Positions 11,761 through 25,638 of a stretch of DNA of 64,000 nucleotides are shown piece after piece. The DNA is taken from the NCBI GenBank assembly GCA_002633005.1, contig NMRA01000294.1, positions 23,782-87,781 of the forward strand, in the 5' to 3' direction. Origin of the DNA: Phoronis australis (Eukaryota; Animalia; Phoronida). The first letter of the stretch is position 1, and each line of letters begins with the position of its first letter. The position numbers and the translations under genes were made by a program. The notes beneath the pieces are model-generated. The model saw nothing but the letters and a program-made list of their open reading frames with translations, did not search any database and was not told the origin of the DNA.

Positions 11761-12835
11761 AACAAGAGCAACGCAGAGCGTTGAAATGCGCCCACAATTG
11801 CACCGCATACGGTATCCTTCTAGGGTTGTTTATTGGTACCATAAAGTGGCCAGTAGATGGCATATATGTAGTATGTTGTACTTTGCAAAATGGAAAGGCA
11901 TAGTCCTTGTCTCCTCAATAGGCTAGGGGCAAAATGTGAGTAATCTTCATAATACAAGCACATCCTATACACCAGTTGCTTAAAGCACCATAGAAAAATA
12001 GAATTAAAAACAAATTTACCAACATACGAGATTAGCACAGCATTAGAATGCTAGAAACAAATTTCTACTTGGAACTTTTCCTTCATAGTCACGAAGTAAC
12101 ACAAAGTACACACCTGAAGAAAATACAGAGGTCAATTGCCACTAGAGGCAAATACTAAAATTGCCACTAGAGGAATACCGGTAGTCAGAATCATCCTAAA
12201 GTCGTCATCGTCCGTTGTCAACATCACATAAATACACTTGCTAAATTTAGTAAAGATCCTGCAAACGTTTGGGAGATACAGCCATGGGCGCAAAAAAACA
12301 AAACTACCACTAGGAGGCGGGACAGTATTCCAAATCATCTGAAAATCATTGTCAGCTGTCTTCCTTATAGTAAGCACATACACGCCAATTTTCACAATCA
12401 TCCTTTGAGCGGTTTGGTTGATAGAGGGGTGGACGCAAAAATACAGACTCGAAAACAGTAAAAATAGCCACTAGGTGGCGCAAACTATGTCGAATCCATC
12501 TGAAAACAGGAGGATAGCGTCATCTCACTACTAGGTGCCGACATACCAAATTTCATGAAAATCCGTTCAGGACTTTTGAAGATACAAAGGTAAGCGTAAA
12601 AAACTAAAATTGCCACTAGGGGGCACACCAGTAGTCGGATCCGTCCGAATGTTCGCACATGCCGTCCCATTCATGAATGGAACATATGTGCCAAATTTCA
12701 TGAACGTATGTCAAAGGGTTTTGGAGATAGAGCAGCGGACGCCGGACGACGGACGGACGCCGCCCGGACCGACAGACGGACGGACAGAGATGACGGCATA
12801 ATGCGTCCACATATAAATATGTGGGCGCATAAAAA
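11761..12835 (-). mobile_element. Non-autonomous Helentron-like element (HINE/DINE-type), copy 1
   Basis: On + strand: aacaagag, hairpin caacgcagagcgttg, subTIR atgcgcccac; internal ~150-bp repeats; (GGAC)n-like microsatellite; palindromic end atgcgtccacatataaatatgtgggcgcat followed by an A-tract. Confidence 0.8.
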
Positions 12836-13949
12836 GTGAAACACTGAGCTCGTCATGTTACAACGGTGGTGTGACGTTAATGATTGTAGAATGTTGGTAT
12901 AAGTGCTGGGTCAAGATTCAGTTCCCACAAGAATGTTACACGACTGTGAGCAGCGCTACCTGTAAGTAAAACGTCACTGCATCCAGCGCCATCTGTTTGT
13001 GGTAAAGGTTTTGGATGAGCGGGGACCTTTTGCGTGGTCACTCATATTGAGGCCAGTATATATATGCTTTACGTACATTGCAGGCCACTGTCACTGCTTC
13101 TACAAAACACTAAAACCATTAACAAAAGCTGTAACAGCAAACCCTTTGTAATGAGAATCATCTCCCTGAATATTCCAGTGACATGCCAATGGGTTTTATT
13201 TCTTGTTATTTGGTTCTAAGACCCAAACAAGAAAGTGGTATTTGCATGATTCACTTCAAAATGACATTGCTCTGAAAGCAAGACATTCAATGAAATGGTT
13301 TTGGCCGGGAGCCGTTATTGTCAAAACAAGCCTAAATGCTGTTCGTACTTTTATTCTCCATTATGTTGTTTTTGTCAAAGACGATAATTCTCCACCACCA
13401 AATGGAATTTTGAAACTGGAACCCTAACAATGCATTTGTGGATTCTCTGTTAAAGAAGTTGTAGCTGGAATCTGAAAGCAAGTTTGTGATTTAAAGTTCC
13501 AGGTTCTTGTTTATGAAGGATGAGACTCAATCTCTTATAAGACAATTTCAGCACACAAAGTTGCTGGAAAGTGGGAATAGGTCACAAGACACAAACTTAA
13601 ACGCTGACTGTAATTCACGGTCAAATGCTAAATCATGCAGCTACAAATTCATCTGGGGCAAATTTTGGCATTTCGAGCCATGAATTTTTGTCCAAAATGG
13701 TCACAATCGAGTCACTGTGTCATGCAGTGAATAGCTACTGAAATTCAGGAAGGTGCTGCTGCCGTAATCTAATTAGCCACTTGCTTTTTATTGGATGTCC
13801 CACGTGAGACTGCAGAGGGAACGATGAAAAGCACATGCTTTGTTTTTCCATCGTGTGAACATTATTCTGTTGCCTGTGCTCTACAACTTTACATTATGCT
13901 ATGGTGAGGCCGGGCATGGTGTTTGTAATGGTGAGGCATGGTGTTTGTG

Positions 13950-14150
13950 ATGGTGAGACATGGAGTTGTGGTGGATGCAACAAAACTGCCCTTGTTGTCT
14001 TTCCAAAGCAGAAGACCCTCACAAAGAAATGGCACAAATTTGTGAGTGATACCAAAATATGGGACGTCAAAGACTCAATTGCCAGGCTTGTGAATCCCTT
14101 GACATGTTACAATCACTTTGTCAAGTGTTGCTTTGATGAGAGAATTGCAG
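13950..14150 (+). pseudogene. THAP zinc-finger remnant
   Basis: CGGCNKTALVVFPKQKTLTKKWHKFV...W...TCYNHFVKCCF matches THAP C..C..FP..W..C..HF spacing. Confidence 0.55.
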
Positions 14151-14777
14151 TAATTACTGAGATCACTCGACTCGGGAATCAAACCACTATTTATTTATAT
14201 ATTATTTTTTGTTAATGTAATATTTACAATGAGGGTAGCCCCATCAGTTCACACTGCTTTCTTTCCATGGAGGCCCCTGATAAACCCGGTAAGTGTCTAA
14301 ACCATTTCACTGTTTAGTGCAATGGGCTCAACCATGACGCCTGCTGCACCACTAGAAGGTTCGATTATTTTAATCAAAAAGTACAAATATCATTATTTTT
14401 CAGTTATGGTCTATTTTATTCAACATTGGGAATTGTAAACAGACATCAGGCAAAACAGTATACAGGGGTCTTATCACTACGCTAACATATTGAAAGTATG
14501 CAAATGGTGTTATTAAATACCTTATACCTACCTTAAGCAGAGAGTTCTCCAAGGAATTTTGGCCACATTGAATACAGGCGCTGGGTTGTCTTCACGGTCA
14601 TAATCATGTTCTTCGACAAATTTGATGATTGGATCTGAAATTTTGTCCATTATAGCATGTATCATATTCCACACACATGCAATGTGTACGTTTCGCAAAA
14701 ACATGAAATTTTTCTGTACGCCTCCATGTGACACTGCGTCTCTCAATTTAAGTATGTGACTGTCTAAAGACAATATA

Positions 14778-16199
14778 CAGTACTCGTCCGGGTTACCGCC
14801 TATGCTCGGCTTACTGCCCACCCCTGAAATTTTCAATTTTTCATTTTTAAGCACCCGTGCTTGGCTTACCGCCCACCACCCATTTTTTATGATCGAGACC
14901 TCCTTAAAAGTGTGTGCTTTTGTGAATGTTCGTCTTGCAAAACTAAGATTCCAAAACGTGCGTAACTCGCTTACCTTTCAATGACAATCAATCAAGTTTT
15001 AGTGGAACCGGGAACTTGCCTTACTATGGCGGTAAAATACCCATATTCTCATGCTAGATTAAGCGCAGAATTTTGTGTCGGCATATACTGATTACTGAGA
15101 CAGCACTTGTTAAATGTATTTCATTGCCATGGAAGAACCAACAAAGCGGTACTTGACAAGAATTTCAAGTCCATGTCCTACCTCTCTGGATTACCCTGAC
15201 AGTACACGAAACATCACCACCCTGAGCAATGAAACAAAAAAACAAGAGCACACGCGGCTGGTACCTGACCAACAATTTTGGAAACTCCACCAACATTATT
15301 TTGGATGCATTGTTTTGAATGCAAGCAGATACGGGCCATTGTTTCATGTCTTTGTTAAACGAATGTTTTTAACGACTCACTCCTGACACCAAGGAAGCAC
15401 CCAACCAAATCAACTGCGCAAGAAATTAACTTGTAATTAAGCGCAAGTCGAACATTCTATCCACATCTACGTGGTCAAAAACTTATTTTTTGAATTCTTG
15501 ATTTGCCTGTTGACTTTTTACATGATGTGTTTTTGCTTATTTTCGCAGCCGACTGACTACGTATCATGCGATTGTTGAGCACTTCGGCTTTAAAAAAATT
15601 TCTGGGAGGTCGGTGTTGGCTGTTCAACACAGAAACATACTATGTATATAAAGTGCTACATTGATCAAACTAGGTTCAAAGTATTTAGAAGAAAGACTGG
15701 CTGTCAATCATTAGCACGTTTGGTTACCAAACTAACTAGTGGCGGCATATCTTTACAAAATCACCTGCTTCCCGTAGCAGAACCTGACGATCTAGCGTAG
15801 TCTTGTGTGATCTTGTTTTTCTCTCAAAAAACTTGGCCGACTGAAGGCACGTCTATCTGTAAGAATACCTTAGTTCCAAGACATGAGGAGCAGCGACCAA
15901 GGTACGTAATAACCCAATCACGCTCGGGATCACGGTGCCACTGTATTGTGTGTGCCAATTCCACTTCAGCACGTCGAAGTCCGTTACTTCAATCCGCCGA
16001 CGTATACTTTAACTGACATGCTTAGAGTCCGACGTCAGTGAAGCTATGTGAGGGTGAAATCGGTCCTTTGTGCAGTACGCACCCACTCTTGACTTTTCAA
16101 AAATTTCAATTTTAACCATCCATGCTTGGCTTTAAACGCCCAACCCGTTTTTTAGATTCCCAATTTAAGTGCCCTGGGCGGTAACCCGGACGAGTATGA
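14778..16199. mobile_element. Non-autonomous Tc1/pogo-like DNA transposon
   Basis: Inverted termini tactcgtccgggttaccgcc (14781-14800) and ggcggtaacccggacgagta (16177-16196); TA-flanked; ends resemble those of the 24231 element. Confidence 0.7.
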
Positions 16200-16200
16200 T

Positions 16201-17445
16201 ATTTCCACAAAATAAAAGAACTCGCAAACGACATGGTGTTATATTCCTCTACTGCCATCAAATTTCAAGGTACCTGGTATGTTAATTGGCAGAATTTTGC
16301 AAATCATGGAGCATGCAAGTGAACTTGAAGAAAACCAAGGTGATCCTTTTCAGAAATGGCAGTCCCCTTAAACATCATGAGAAATGGTTCTACAATGGAA
16401 CTTTGGTCGATATGGTGTTTCATTACAAATACCTTGGACTGTTTATTACCCCCAAGAGTTTCGTGGACCAAAGCCATTAAAACGTTATCTACTTAAGAAA
16501 AATAAAGCTGCCTCAGCAATTTGTTAATTAAAGTGAAGATGTCATGATCTACCTCTATCGAAAGCCTTTCACCTGTTGGATAAAATGGTTTACCCCTCTT
16601 TGTGTTATGGCACTGAGATATGGGGCTTAAAGGAGTATGAACAATTGGAAAATGTACACTTTAGAAGTATGCAGTTGTTGTTCTAACTTGGCAGTTACGG
16701 GAGAATGCGGTCGCTTCCGACAGTTTACTATATATTTTCTTTTATAATGTATAAAATACTGGTTCAAAATACTGGGGATGCCTAACAATAGCTGCATATG
16801 ATATGCTTTTTCGGTCAGACCTGATTGGAAGACCTTCTTATGATTGGGCAAGTTATTAAGTACACTTCCGTCTGTATATGGTTTTTCAGATGTATGGATT
16901 AATCAAGCACATTTTAACAGTTTTTTTCCCAGCATGTCAGTGACTGTTATTTGCAAGGCTGGGAATCTGTTATGGAATGTAATGCAAAACTGTCTTGCTA
17001 TGTGGGGTTTAAAACAACGTATTGTCTAGAGAATTATTTTAAAATAGTTAGTATCCCACGTTTTTATCCAGTCTCCGATTCAATTGCGATGCTCAAATCA
17101 TTCATAACTTGTGGAAAGAGATCGCCACACAAATATTCCCTATAAAAATAGTTTGTGTGAGTTATGTAATTCGGGATGTGTAAAGGACAAATACCACCAT
17201 GAGTTAGTCAGCAAAGCACACCAAGACTTTCGGATTAAGTGCTTACAAGTGATCAGTTTTGTCATTCTCCCACGACATCTAAATTTGAATCTCTCATGAG
17301 GACTCCAGATACGTATCCTACTTATAAAATTCGACCATCATGCTCTATACTATCCAGTTTGTTATGCACTTAACAATATACTGTCTAGTATATGTTTTAT
17401 TTTGGGCCTATGGCCATATGTGAATATTTCAATAGATATCTATTA
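16201..17445 (+). pseudogene. 5'-truncated, decayed RTE-X-like LINE (RT C-terminus, CCHC region, 3' UTR)
   Basis: CKSWSMQVNLKKTKVILF..., YKYLGL, LCYGTEIWG-like segment near 16600, ERDRHTNIP...LCELC...KDKYH; multiple frameshifts. Confidence 0.7.
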
Positions 17446-19539
17446 ACTAATGTATAAAACATGCTATGAACTGGTTGTACCATTTAATTAGATGAAACCT
17501 CCAAGGATTCAATAGACTTACATACATGTGATTGGATGAATTATAGTGCACTTAGAAAATAGAGCAATCATTAAAGGAATACAGCCACATAGCTTGTGAC
17601 TTAACTGTTCTAATATGGACCAAGTGCCTGCTAGACAGTAAACAGCCAGCACCATAATCATTACGCTATTAAAAATTAATCAGCTCTCTGTACAAGCTAT
17701 AAGGACACACTTAGATGCAATGAACGAATGTGAATGTGTCCTTCTAGGTTGTAAACTTAAGTTACTACGACCTATCAGGCCACACCCACAGCACAAGTGA
17801 TGATGTGATTGGCGCTACATTCTGTAGACAAAAGACGCGCGTAAAAAACTGACAGAACAGAACAGAAACAATGAGTTCTATCCCATAATTCAACATTCCA
17901 AGGTGGCCCACCAATTACTTCAAATGTGCGGTCACCATTTCATTGGGGTATGGACACAAAACATACTCCCGAAAACACTTAAAATATTTTACGTTCTTGC
18001 ATCATCTTGCTTTTACAAGTGAGATTTCCTCGTTTCTACAGAACGCAGTCCTAAAGTTATCAGTGAGCTGGATGTCAGTAATCGACCGGTGATTCCAATA
18101 GCCCAGTTGGACTAAAGCAACAGCATGGTTAGCAGAAAGTTCCAGGTACGATCCCCACTTGTGACAGAGATCATTCAGACTTCTGTAACAGACCATGTGA
18201 CTTGACCAACATGGTTAGTTACGTTCACTACAACGTCTGCACATCAACATCTTTAACTTTTAAGTTAGTGTTTCAGAAATATACCTCCACTATGGGTTTG
18301 ATTGAAGTACACTTCTTCTTTGTACAGCACAAACTCCACAACAGTGTTAATACGTGTCATGAAAAGCCAATAAAACTCCTTTAGGTCATTCCTCTTGTGT
18401 TCCGCACCAGGTGGCAGCGCAAAACGGTATGTGACATGAAGTGCGCTGTCAGTGCCTGAAATGTTTAGACGTGTGTACCAAGTAACATGTATATATACTG
18501 AATTTAATTTCATTATAAGTAATTGATAGTCTCTATTTTTATATTTTTACAATGTAGACAGATAAAAAAACTATCAGTATCTGCATCTAAATTTGAAGCA
18601 CGTTCCAATACCTGAAGCAACTTAGTAAAACCTTGTGCAACTATTTTACTCATTACCAATACCTGCATCCCAATGTATTCTAAAAGCACAGAAACTTTTA
18701 CAAGAACTGAATCTTTTTGCACTTATTGATTACGTATCCCTGTGATTGAGAATTCCTGCAAGTTTTGTAACACCAATAAGCCGGTCTTGAAGATGCTTTT
18801 GTCAGACATCTGTGAGACTACTGAGATTTATTAATTGAATTAATAACCATTAGAGCATGGGTTGCAATCATATCCCTCAGCTGGTTCAGAACTGCTATAG
18901 GGGATCATTATCTCTTATCTGATTTTGTATACCTTGCCCTATTGTGCCTGCATTGACTTTCATAATAAAGGGCTATTGTGGAGATGTTTAAACTGTAGGC
19001 TTGGGTAACAATAGGCATTCCTCTGCCTGTTACTAAAGACCAAGCTACACCACAAGGGAAAGCACTACTTTCAGCCTTTAGCTGGCCAAGCTTAGATATC
19101 TATGTCCATTTCAGTTGGCAGTGTTTTCGAAGAACTTCGGCCCAAGTATAAATATTACACTTCATTTCCCTCTGATAGCATGAAGCGCGCTTATCCCGAG
19201 TAAGAGATGATGACTGTTGGAAGTTTAAACATTTGAAATGTTCGTTGTAAAAGGATGTTTTACGAATACCATAATCATAGCTAGGGCCAAAACAGAACAG
19301 TATTTTTAAAGTCAGATAAGTTTTTACTATTCAAAGGCCACCTATTCTGATAGTGTTTTTGAATTCCAAGTTCATACGCCACATGATGCATCGTCTGAGC
19401 AGAGTCTCAAAACTCCCGAGAAATAAGTAACTGGTGTCAAATTCACGTTACTCTTGATTTAAAATATGTAGGACCTTCAAGTTTGTGCACTGAGATAGTA
19501 CAATTCTCTGATCCCATTAGAAGACTAATCAATCGCGAG

Positions 19540-19774
19540 CATGCGCGCGCCCAGCCTTGAAAATGGGGGGCTCGAATTTCTGTCCATGTGGACAAAAAAT
19601 CGAGAGGACTAAAAAAACGGGGTACCACCTTTCAGAACTGTGCGTATGCATCTTTTTTAGTGGACTTCTGACTCCTTTTCTCGGACTTTTCGTTTCTCTA
19701 AGATGGACCTTTTTGCCCACTTCGCCAAATGGGGAGCTCACTCGAGCCCCCGAACCCCCCTGAGTGCGCGCATG
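19540..19774. mobile_element. 235-bp MITE with 5-bp TSD (hAT5-like)
   Basis: TIRs catgcgcgcgcccag / ctgagtgcgcgcatg; GCGAG directly repeated at 19535-19539 and 19775-19779. Confidence 0.75.
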
Positions 19775-20530
19775 GCGAGTACCGGCGTAGGCAAAACAGT
19801 ACATTCGACTTTACTTGGTAACATTTACAGAAAAAAGTATTTTGCTTCTCCAAACGAGAAACTGGAATATCTTTAAATGATTAAAAATGAGGTATTCAAA
19901 GAGATGGAGTTGAGAAATAATAATACAATCAGTTTCCTCATCTCAGCTTCAAATGAAGTATACATGTACAGGCAAACATTCTTTTTTATCATATTCGTAT
20001 TTGGATGAATTCTCAACTCTTTTAACTGTTTTTCTATAAATAATCTCGTAGAAAACAAAAATGACTTTAAATCTTTATTTACGTGTACTGTGACTCAAAA
20101 CCTGACAAATCTAAAACAGTTTTAATACATGTCATGCAAAAATGGACCTAGCATATGAGCAATATATATAACAGAATGAAAGAGAGCAATGACACCATAC
20201 GCAAACAATTGCACCATTCATACGAGTAGTCATAGTCTACCTATAATAGGAATACTATTCATGTAAGTTATGTGGTCAACATCTAACTCAGTAGATACCT
20301 ATAGAAAATGATATTATGAGCAACACCTAAAAATAATTTGCATGTGTGCAATTTCGACAAACTACTTGCTGCCACTGAAAGAAGATTGTGCTCACAGCAT
20401 CATTTTTCTACATGTTGCATCCTATCACATGAAGCAGGGTGGCCATCATATAAAAATATACAATCAAATGAAAATGTTCACAGAAAGACATGTTACAAAA
20501 AACCTTGTACCATCCATATGCCGACCAATC

Positions 20531-20540
20531 ATATATATAC

Positions 20541-20579
<39 letters not shown>
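20531..20579. repeat. (TA)n microsatellite
   Basis: atatatatacatatacatatatata... run. Confidence 0.95.
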
Positions 20580-20583
<4 letters not shown>

Positions 20584-20876
20584 ACAGCAAATGCCAACAC
20601 TAACAATGTTGGCTACATGGTAGTAATCATGTGATTGAGGATGCTATTGCTAGAGACATTTGATCATTCCCACACAATGTATGACTAGTGTGTGTGACAA
20701 AATAGAACTTCTGGGTATCTCCAATGCTATGGAGTTGGTAAACTACTAAATCAGACATACACCTAAAATAGTAAACAATACCCATGACTATCATATAGGG
20801 GCTTGCAAAAATAATTATAATCATATATAATAGACAGTCACCAACAAAAAATAATATCAGAAATGACTGTGGCAGA

Positions 20877-21826
20877 AAACTGAAAATGACTTGCCGTTGG
20901 ATCTAAACAAGTTTTTTTCACTCAATACATGCCATTCTTAGCTACTAAGTGTTTTACGCTGGTATCAAACAATGAAACAATCCTTGTTAATGTAATATAG
21001 CATCTTCAAAAAGACACAACAAAATGGCAACTTTCAATGGAAACGAGGCAATGTAAAAAGCAAGCACCATCCATACATATATACATCACCAAGCACCAAC
21101 ACAAATTGTGTCACACAAATGATCAATTACAATGGCCACATGGTTTCAATCATATGACTGAGACATCTGCAATGTTTTCAAAAAGTACACAACTAGTGTG
21201 TGTAAAAATGGAACACCTTGGTAGCACCAAAATGGAGTTGGTAATAAAAAAACTTTGAATGAAAAATTATACGAAGTGCTTGGTCGGATTACGCACCAAC
21301 AAAATAGTAACCCGTACACATCTATCACACACGGTTTTTCAAAAATGGTTTTGGTTATGTGTATAACACTCAGTGAGCAAGAACAATACAATATTTTAGA
21401 TCATGGCAGTAAAACTGAAAAGGACTTGCCGTTAGATCGAAACAAGTTTTTTCACTTAACACATACCATTACTTGCTACTAAGAGTTTTGCGTTGGTATC
21501 AAACAATGAAATAATCCTTATTAATGCAATATAACATCTTCAAAAATACACAACAAAATACACAACTAGTGTGTGTAAAAATGGAACACCTTGGGTATCA
21601 GCAATGTCATGGAGTTTGTAGAATTTTTTATTCAAAATTTTTTATTGCCAAGCACCAACCAAATATTAACCCGTACATGTCTGTCATACAAGGTGTTTCA
21701 AATATAGTCATGTATAACACGCAGTGAGCAAGAAAAATACAATATTTTAGATCAGTAAAGCTGAAAATGACTTGCCGTTACATCGAAACAAGTTTTTTCA
21801 CATAATACATGTTATTATTTCCTACT
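20877..21826 (+). repeat. Irregular diverged tandem duplication (three partial units)
   Basis: ctgaaaa(t/g)gacttgccgtt..atc.aaacaagtttttt recurs at ~20880, ~21415 and ~21760; cacaactagtgtgtgtaaaaatggaacaccttgg at ~21188 and ~21561. Confidence 0.8.
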
Positions 21827-23570
21827 CGGTGCGTGTGACCCTTGCAAAAGTCGATGTAATCCGCCCTAACTGCCCTCTTTTTTGGAGACGATAAAGTATT
21901 CCACTGCGTCATCAGAGAGCCAAGATTCGCAGGTATCGTTTTTATTGCGTTACTGTCCAGCTTAATTGCCACTTCCTCTAGAAAGCGGTCCACCAGCCAC
22001 ACAGTGCCACTTTGGTTGTCGTCAAAGTGGATCACATCATCTCTAATCAGTTGCTTTAATAAGTGTCTCTGACCTGAAATTAAGGCATTTAACTAAAATT
22101 TTATTTCCAAAGTCTAAAGAAATACAAGATGCAGTATATAGAAGATATCAAAAAGTGCCTCCCAATTGGCACAAGTTTTAACTTTAAAAGGACACTACCC
22201 CTCCTTCGGTATTAACAGACACAAGAACTTATCTAAACCACCATAACATGTAAGAAGTATTGAAAAATAACCATGTCATGTAATCTTTACGCATCAATGC
22301 TGGAACGTCAATGCAAAAACACAAAATTTCTTCAAATGGGTGGTATGAAATGGCTTATACGGCATTGCTTATGGGTGTCACCGATTTGGACTCGGCATTA
22401 ATCAGCACACAGAACAGTAAACAAGAGGCAAAAAATAAATAATATACTTCATAATGATAACTATTTTGAATACATGAATTCTAAAAACAAGGAGTGTGAC
22501 CAAAGCGCAAAAAAATAATCACATGTTTTAATGAAACTCTTGGTTTACAAATTGGCTGATTTATAAACTAAAGACCCTTTCATATTGACTTAACTCCGGT
22601 CTGAGCGGAGTGTCGACGTAACCAGCGCAGTTAACTGGACCGTTCATACTGGCTACGGTAGTTAATGAACATCAAAGTAAGCGGTTGTGTGCCGCTGTCG
22701 TCATCGAAGTTATCGCAAGGTAGCATTGCACGCTAAGATTTTCTTCAATGTTTCAATTTGGAAATATCTACATGTGCAAGCCATTTCTGCCTCCCGTTCA
22801 GTAATTAAAGCAAGGACCTCGCTAAAAAGCAAGACTTCGCGAGATTACGCGGTATGTTGCCGTGTATGTTAAATGAAAACACGCGACTTTAGCTAGGTCC
22901 TACCATAGGTCCTAGCGTTACTGAACGCACCCCTGGTCCAAGGAGGGCAGAACAGCAGGCATATTTTCAAGGCCCAGTGACATATATTATGTTGTGAATA
23001 TTAAAAAACATTTAAATAAAACATTCACTATTTTGTCACAGAGTACCAGTTGGGGATCATGCCACTGCTGCTTAACAGTTCCAGCAAGAAACAGTTCACG
23101 CATAGGCCTACACGATCTTGAGCTTAAGCAGACAGACTGCAAGTCGAAAGCCATGTTGTGTGACATGTGTTAAATACACACTACAAAATGGCGGGAAAAT
23201 AGCAGAGCTTCAAATTCAAATATTCGACCGATCTGCCATACACCGTGAAAGATGAGCTACTGATCGTTGCAAAAAAAAACAGAATATAGTGTTCTTAGAA
23301 ATACAGTAAATGTACGTCATTTTTAACAAACTTACCCCTTGAAAGCGTCGAGTTTGCCAGAGTCCGATAGGGCACTGCTGGTCTGACTTCGTCTTCGGAG
23401 ACTTCTGTCATACTCCGAGCCCCACCCGAGAAACGAAGCTGAACAAACTCCCTCAGTTGTTCTTACTGTAGCAGGCTCCCAATGCCCGTTTTCATCCACA
23501 GCTTGAAGTCTATTTTTCAATTTTATTGGCAGCAAAACACTAGGCGGACATTGGAGGAAAGTGCTCGACA
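21826..23570 (-). pseudogene. Two-exon decayed gene fragment with a Tudor-knot/MBT-like domain
   Basis: Exon 23336-23570 (cttcAG acceptor, GTAAGT donor) encodes RLQAVDENGHWEPATV...SFLGWGSEYDR; second exon starts at 22073 (atttcAG), GQRHLLKQLIRDDVIHF...; joining needs a frameshift near 23402. Confidence 0.5.
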
Positions 23571-24230
23571 CTGAAGTTGATTACCCGGTTATTGATGCAC
23601 GAGGAAATATTTCTCAGAGAATTGAAAAAGAGTAACTACATTTTTAAATTTAATTTGGAAAATTATCAATAGAACGGTGTTAATAGAATATAAAAAACGT
23701 AATGAATGTATAATGTCCTCATTTGAAGCGTTTATTGACAAAACTGAACAAATGGTTCAAGCCGTTTTACGTGCGTATTAATTCTTCAATGCTGAGTGAC
23801 GACAAGGTTTGTTTCTCGGCAAGTTGGGCATCAATTTTCGCCGTTCAACGACTGTATGTAATCGATTTTGATCAATAATTTTCAATATAGCACAAAAATT
23901 TTTAACACATGCATAAATAGTTATATCTGAAACTTCTATTCTGGTGTCTGCCCAAGGCCTAGTTAATGCTTACGTAATACTGCACAAGCGATTTGTGTGG
24001 TTGGCTGGCTCACTATAGAGCTATTGTTAGGACGGCATTGTCATGAGCAACAGCAGGCAACTGGGATAGGCTGACCCTCATGATACTGCCATTGACCAAG
24101 AACAGTCAGACTTCAGTTGGAATTTTAATTGATTGGTAACTCTTGAATAAGTTTCCCCAAAATTAATTCCACGAAATTTGACTGAATTCGGAATCTTGGC
24201 AAAATTTGTGTCTACTGCAAAAAATTACTA

Positions 24231-24979
24231 CCGTATTCACCATAATACTGAAGCACCCATGCCCCCATAAGCGCCCCCACACGTTTTCAGACTTTTCTAA
24301 AATAAGCGTCCAGCCCACGAACGTGTATACATGCAATAAATGCCTTACCTACAGTTCTAAAATTCTACAGTAACGTCTTCAATTTATCAATATCTGACAG
24401 TCCAGAAAAAATCATTGTGGGCAGAATTTCTAGACCACGAGCCTCGCCGCTATGTCAACAATTAGCCATGACAGACTTCAAGTTTCCGCATTGCTTCACA
24501 AAGAATGCAAAAGTTTTGCTGATCTTGCGAGGAGTGTATCCCATTCTGGTCAGGCCTTTCAGAACAGACGCAGCGTACTTGTGAATGGGATTGTATTATA
24601 TCTTTCCTGTACAGCTTCTATCAATAGGAATCCAGACTTCTTTGTACACACGAAAACCGCGAATCGAAGACTAATAAAACTTGACCAGTGTTAAAAGCAC
24701 GTGGCCAAGAAGCGCGCGCTACATACATGAACTCTGATGACATGCACGCGCACAGTAACTCGCCACACACTTGCAACTTCAAAACAAATGTCACGTGACG
24801 ACACATGTGTGTTCGCTCAGATTTTTCTTGTGTTGCGAGGTGCGATCTAGGGCATATTTAGACTTAATCTGCGGTTAATCCCGACTCCGACCGGGTTTCA
24901 ACTGCTTTAGGCTACAATAAGCGCCCCACTTCCGAAAAGAATTTTTAAGTGCCCTGGGTGCTTATTACGGCGAATACGG
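24231..24979. mobile_element. pogo/Tc1-like MITE with TA TSD
   Basis: TA|ccgtattcaccataata ... tattacggcgaatacgg|TA; a second copy of its left end sits at 43009. Confidence 0.85.
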
Positions 24980-25420
24980 TAGTAAAAAATAGTCTCAATA
25001 AATACTGCAATAATTTCAGGCAATTTTCACATGGAAATGGCACCTTCATGTAGAATAGAATAGAATAGAATGTGCTTCATTCCAGACTTACATTTGTCCA
25101 TAATAACTATTAACACAATAATGAACTACATTAATGATGACTATATATCCTAACACCTAAGAGAATTAAACTCTAGAAACCAAACATCTGAGAAAAAATA
25201 AACTTAAGGTAACATGAATAAAATGATCGTAATCAATACAAATGAATGCAGGATTTGAAACAAATACCGGAGTGTACTCATCTCTCATGTGTTAATGAAT
25301 ATCAGTCAAGAGAGAATAAAACAAACACCTAGACGCTTTCCATGGACAACAAGAGTGTCAATTAAATCAGTTTTTGGCCACAGTAAGATTAAAAACCGGA
25401 CAAATCTAAAAGTTCATGTT

Positions 25421-25460
25421 CAATCAACGTTCCTCTATTCATTAGACATCATCAGGATCA
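25421..25460 (-). ncRNA. Minimal type I hammerhead ribozyme motif (degenerate)
   Basis: Minus strand: tgatc CTGATGA t gtcta atgaa tagag GAA cgtt gattg; one A of GAAA missing and a helix II mismatch. Confidence 0.65.
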
Positions 25461-25638
25461 TATTTACACAAGGACAGCAAGTGGCTACATACAGCTCAGG
25501 TAACATCCATAAAGTGAAGCGAGATACAGGGAGTATAGTCAGTAGCTGGTCATCACCATAGTTGCAGGGTCACTGATCTCTGCATGTTATTCAGAGAATC
25601 AGTGGCATGCTGGTTCTAAATGGCCAATGACTCTTTAA

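Noticed and set aside
12132-12810. Recurrent short ORFs in the HINE copies (also at 30-31, 51-52 and 54 kb)
   Set aside because: Frames are not conserved between copies and show no protein motifs
18520-18900. Possible CR1/L2 3' remnant
   Set aside because: Too degenerate to support
22890-22936. Harbinger-like terminus (ttactgaacgcacccctgg)
   Set aside because: No partner TIR found in the window
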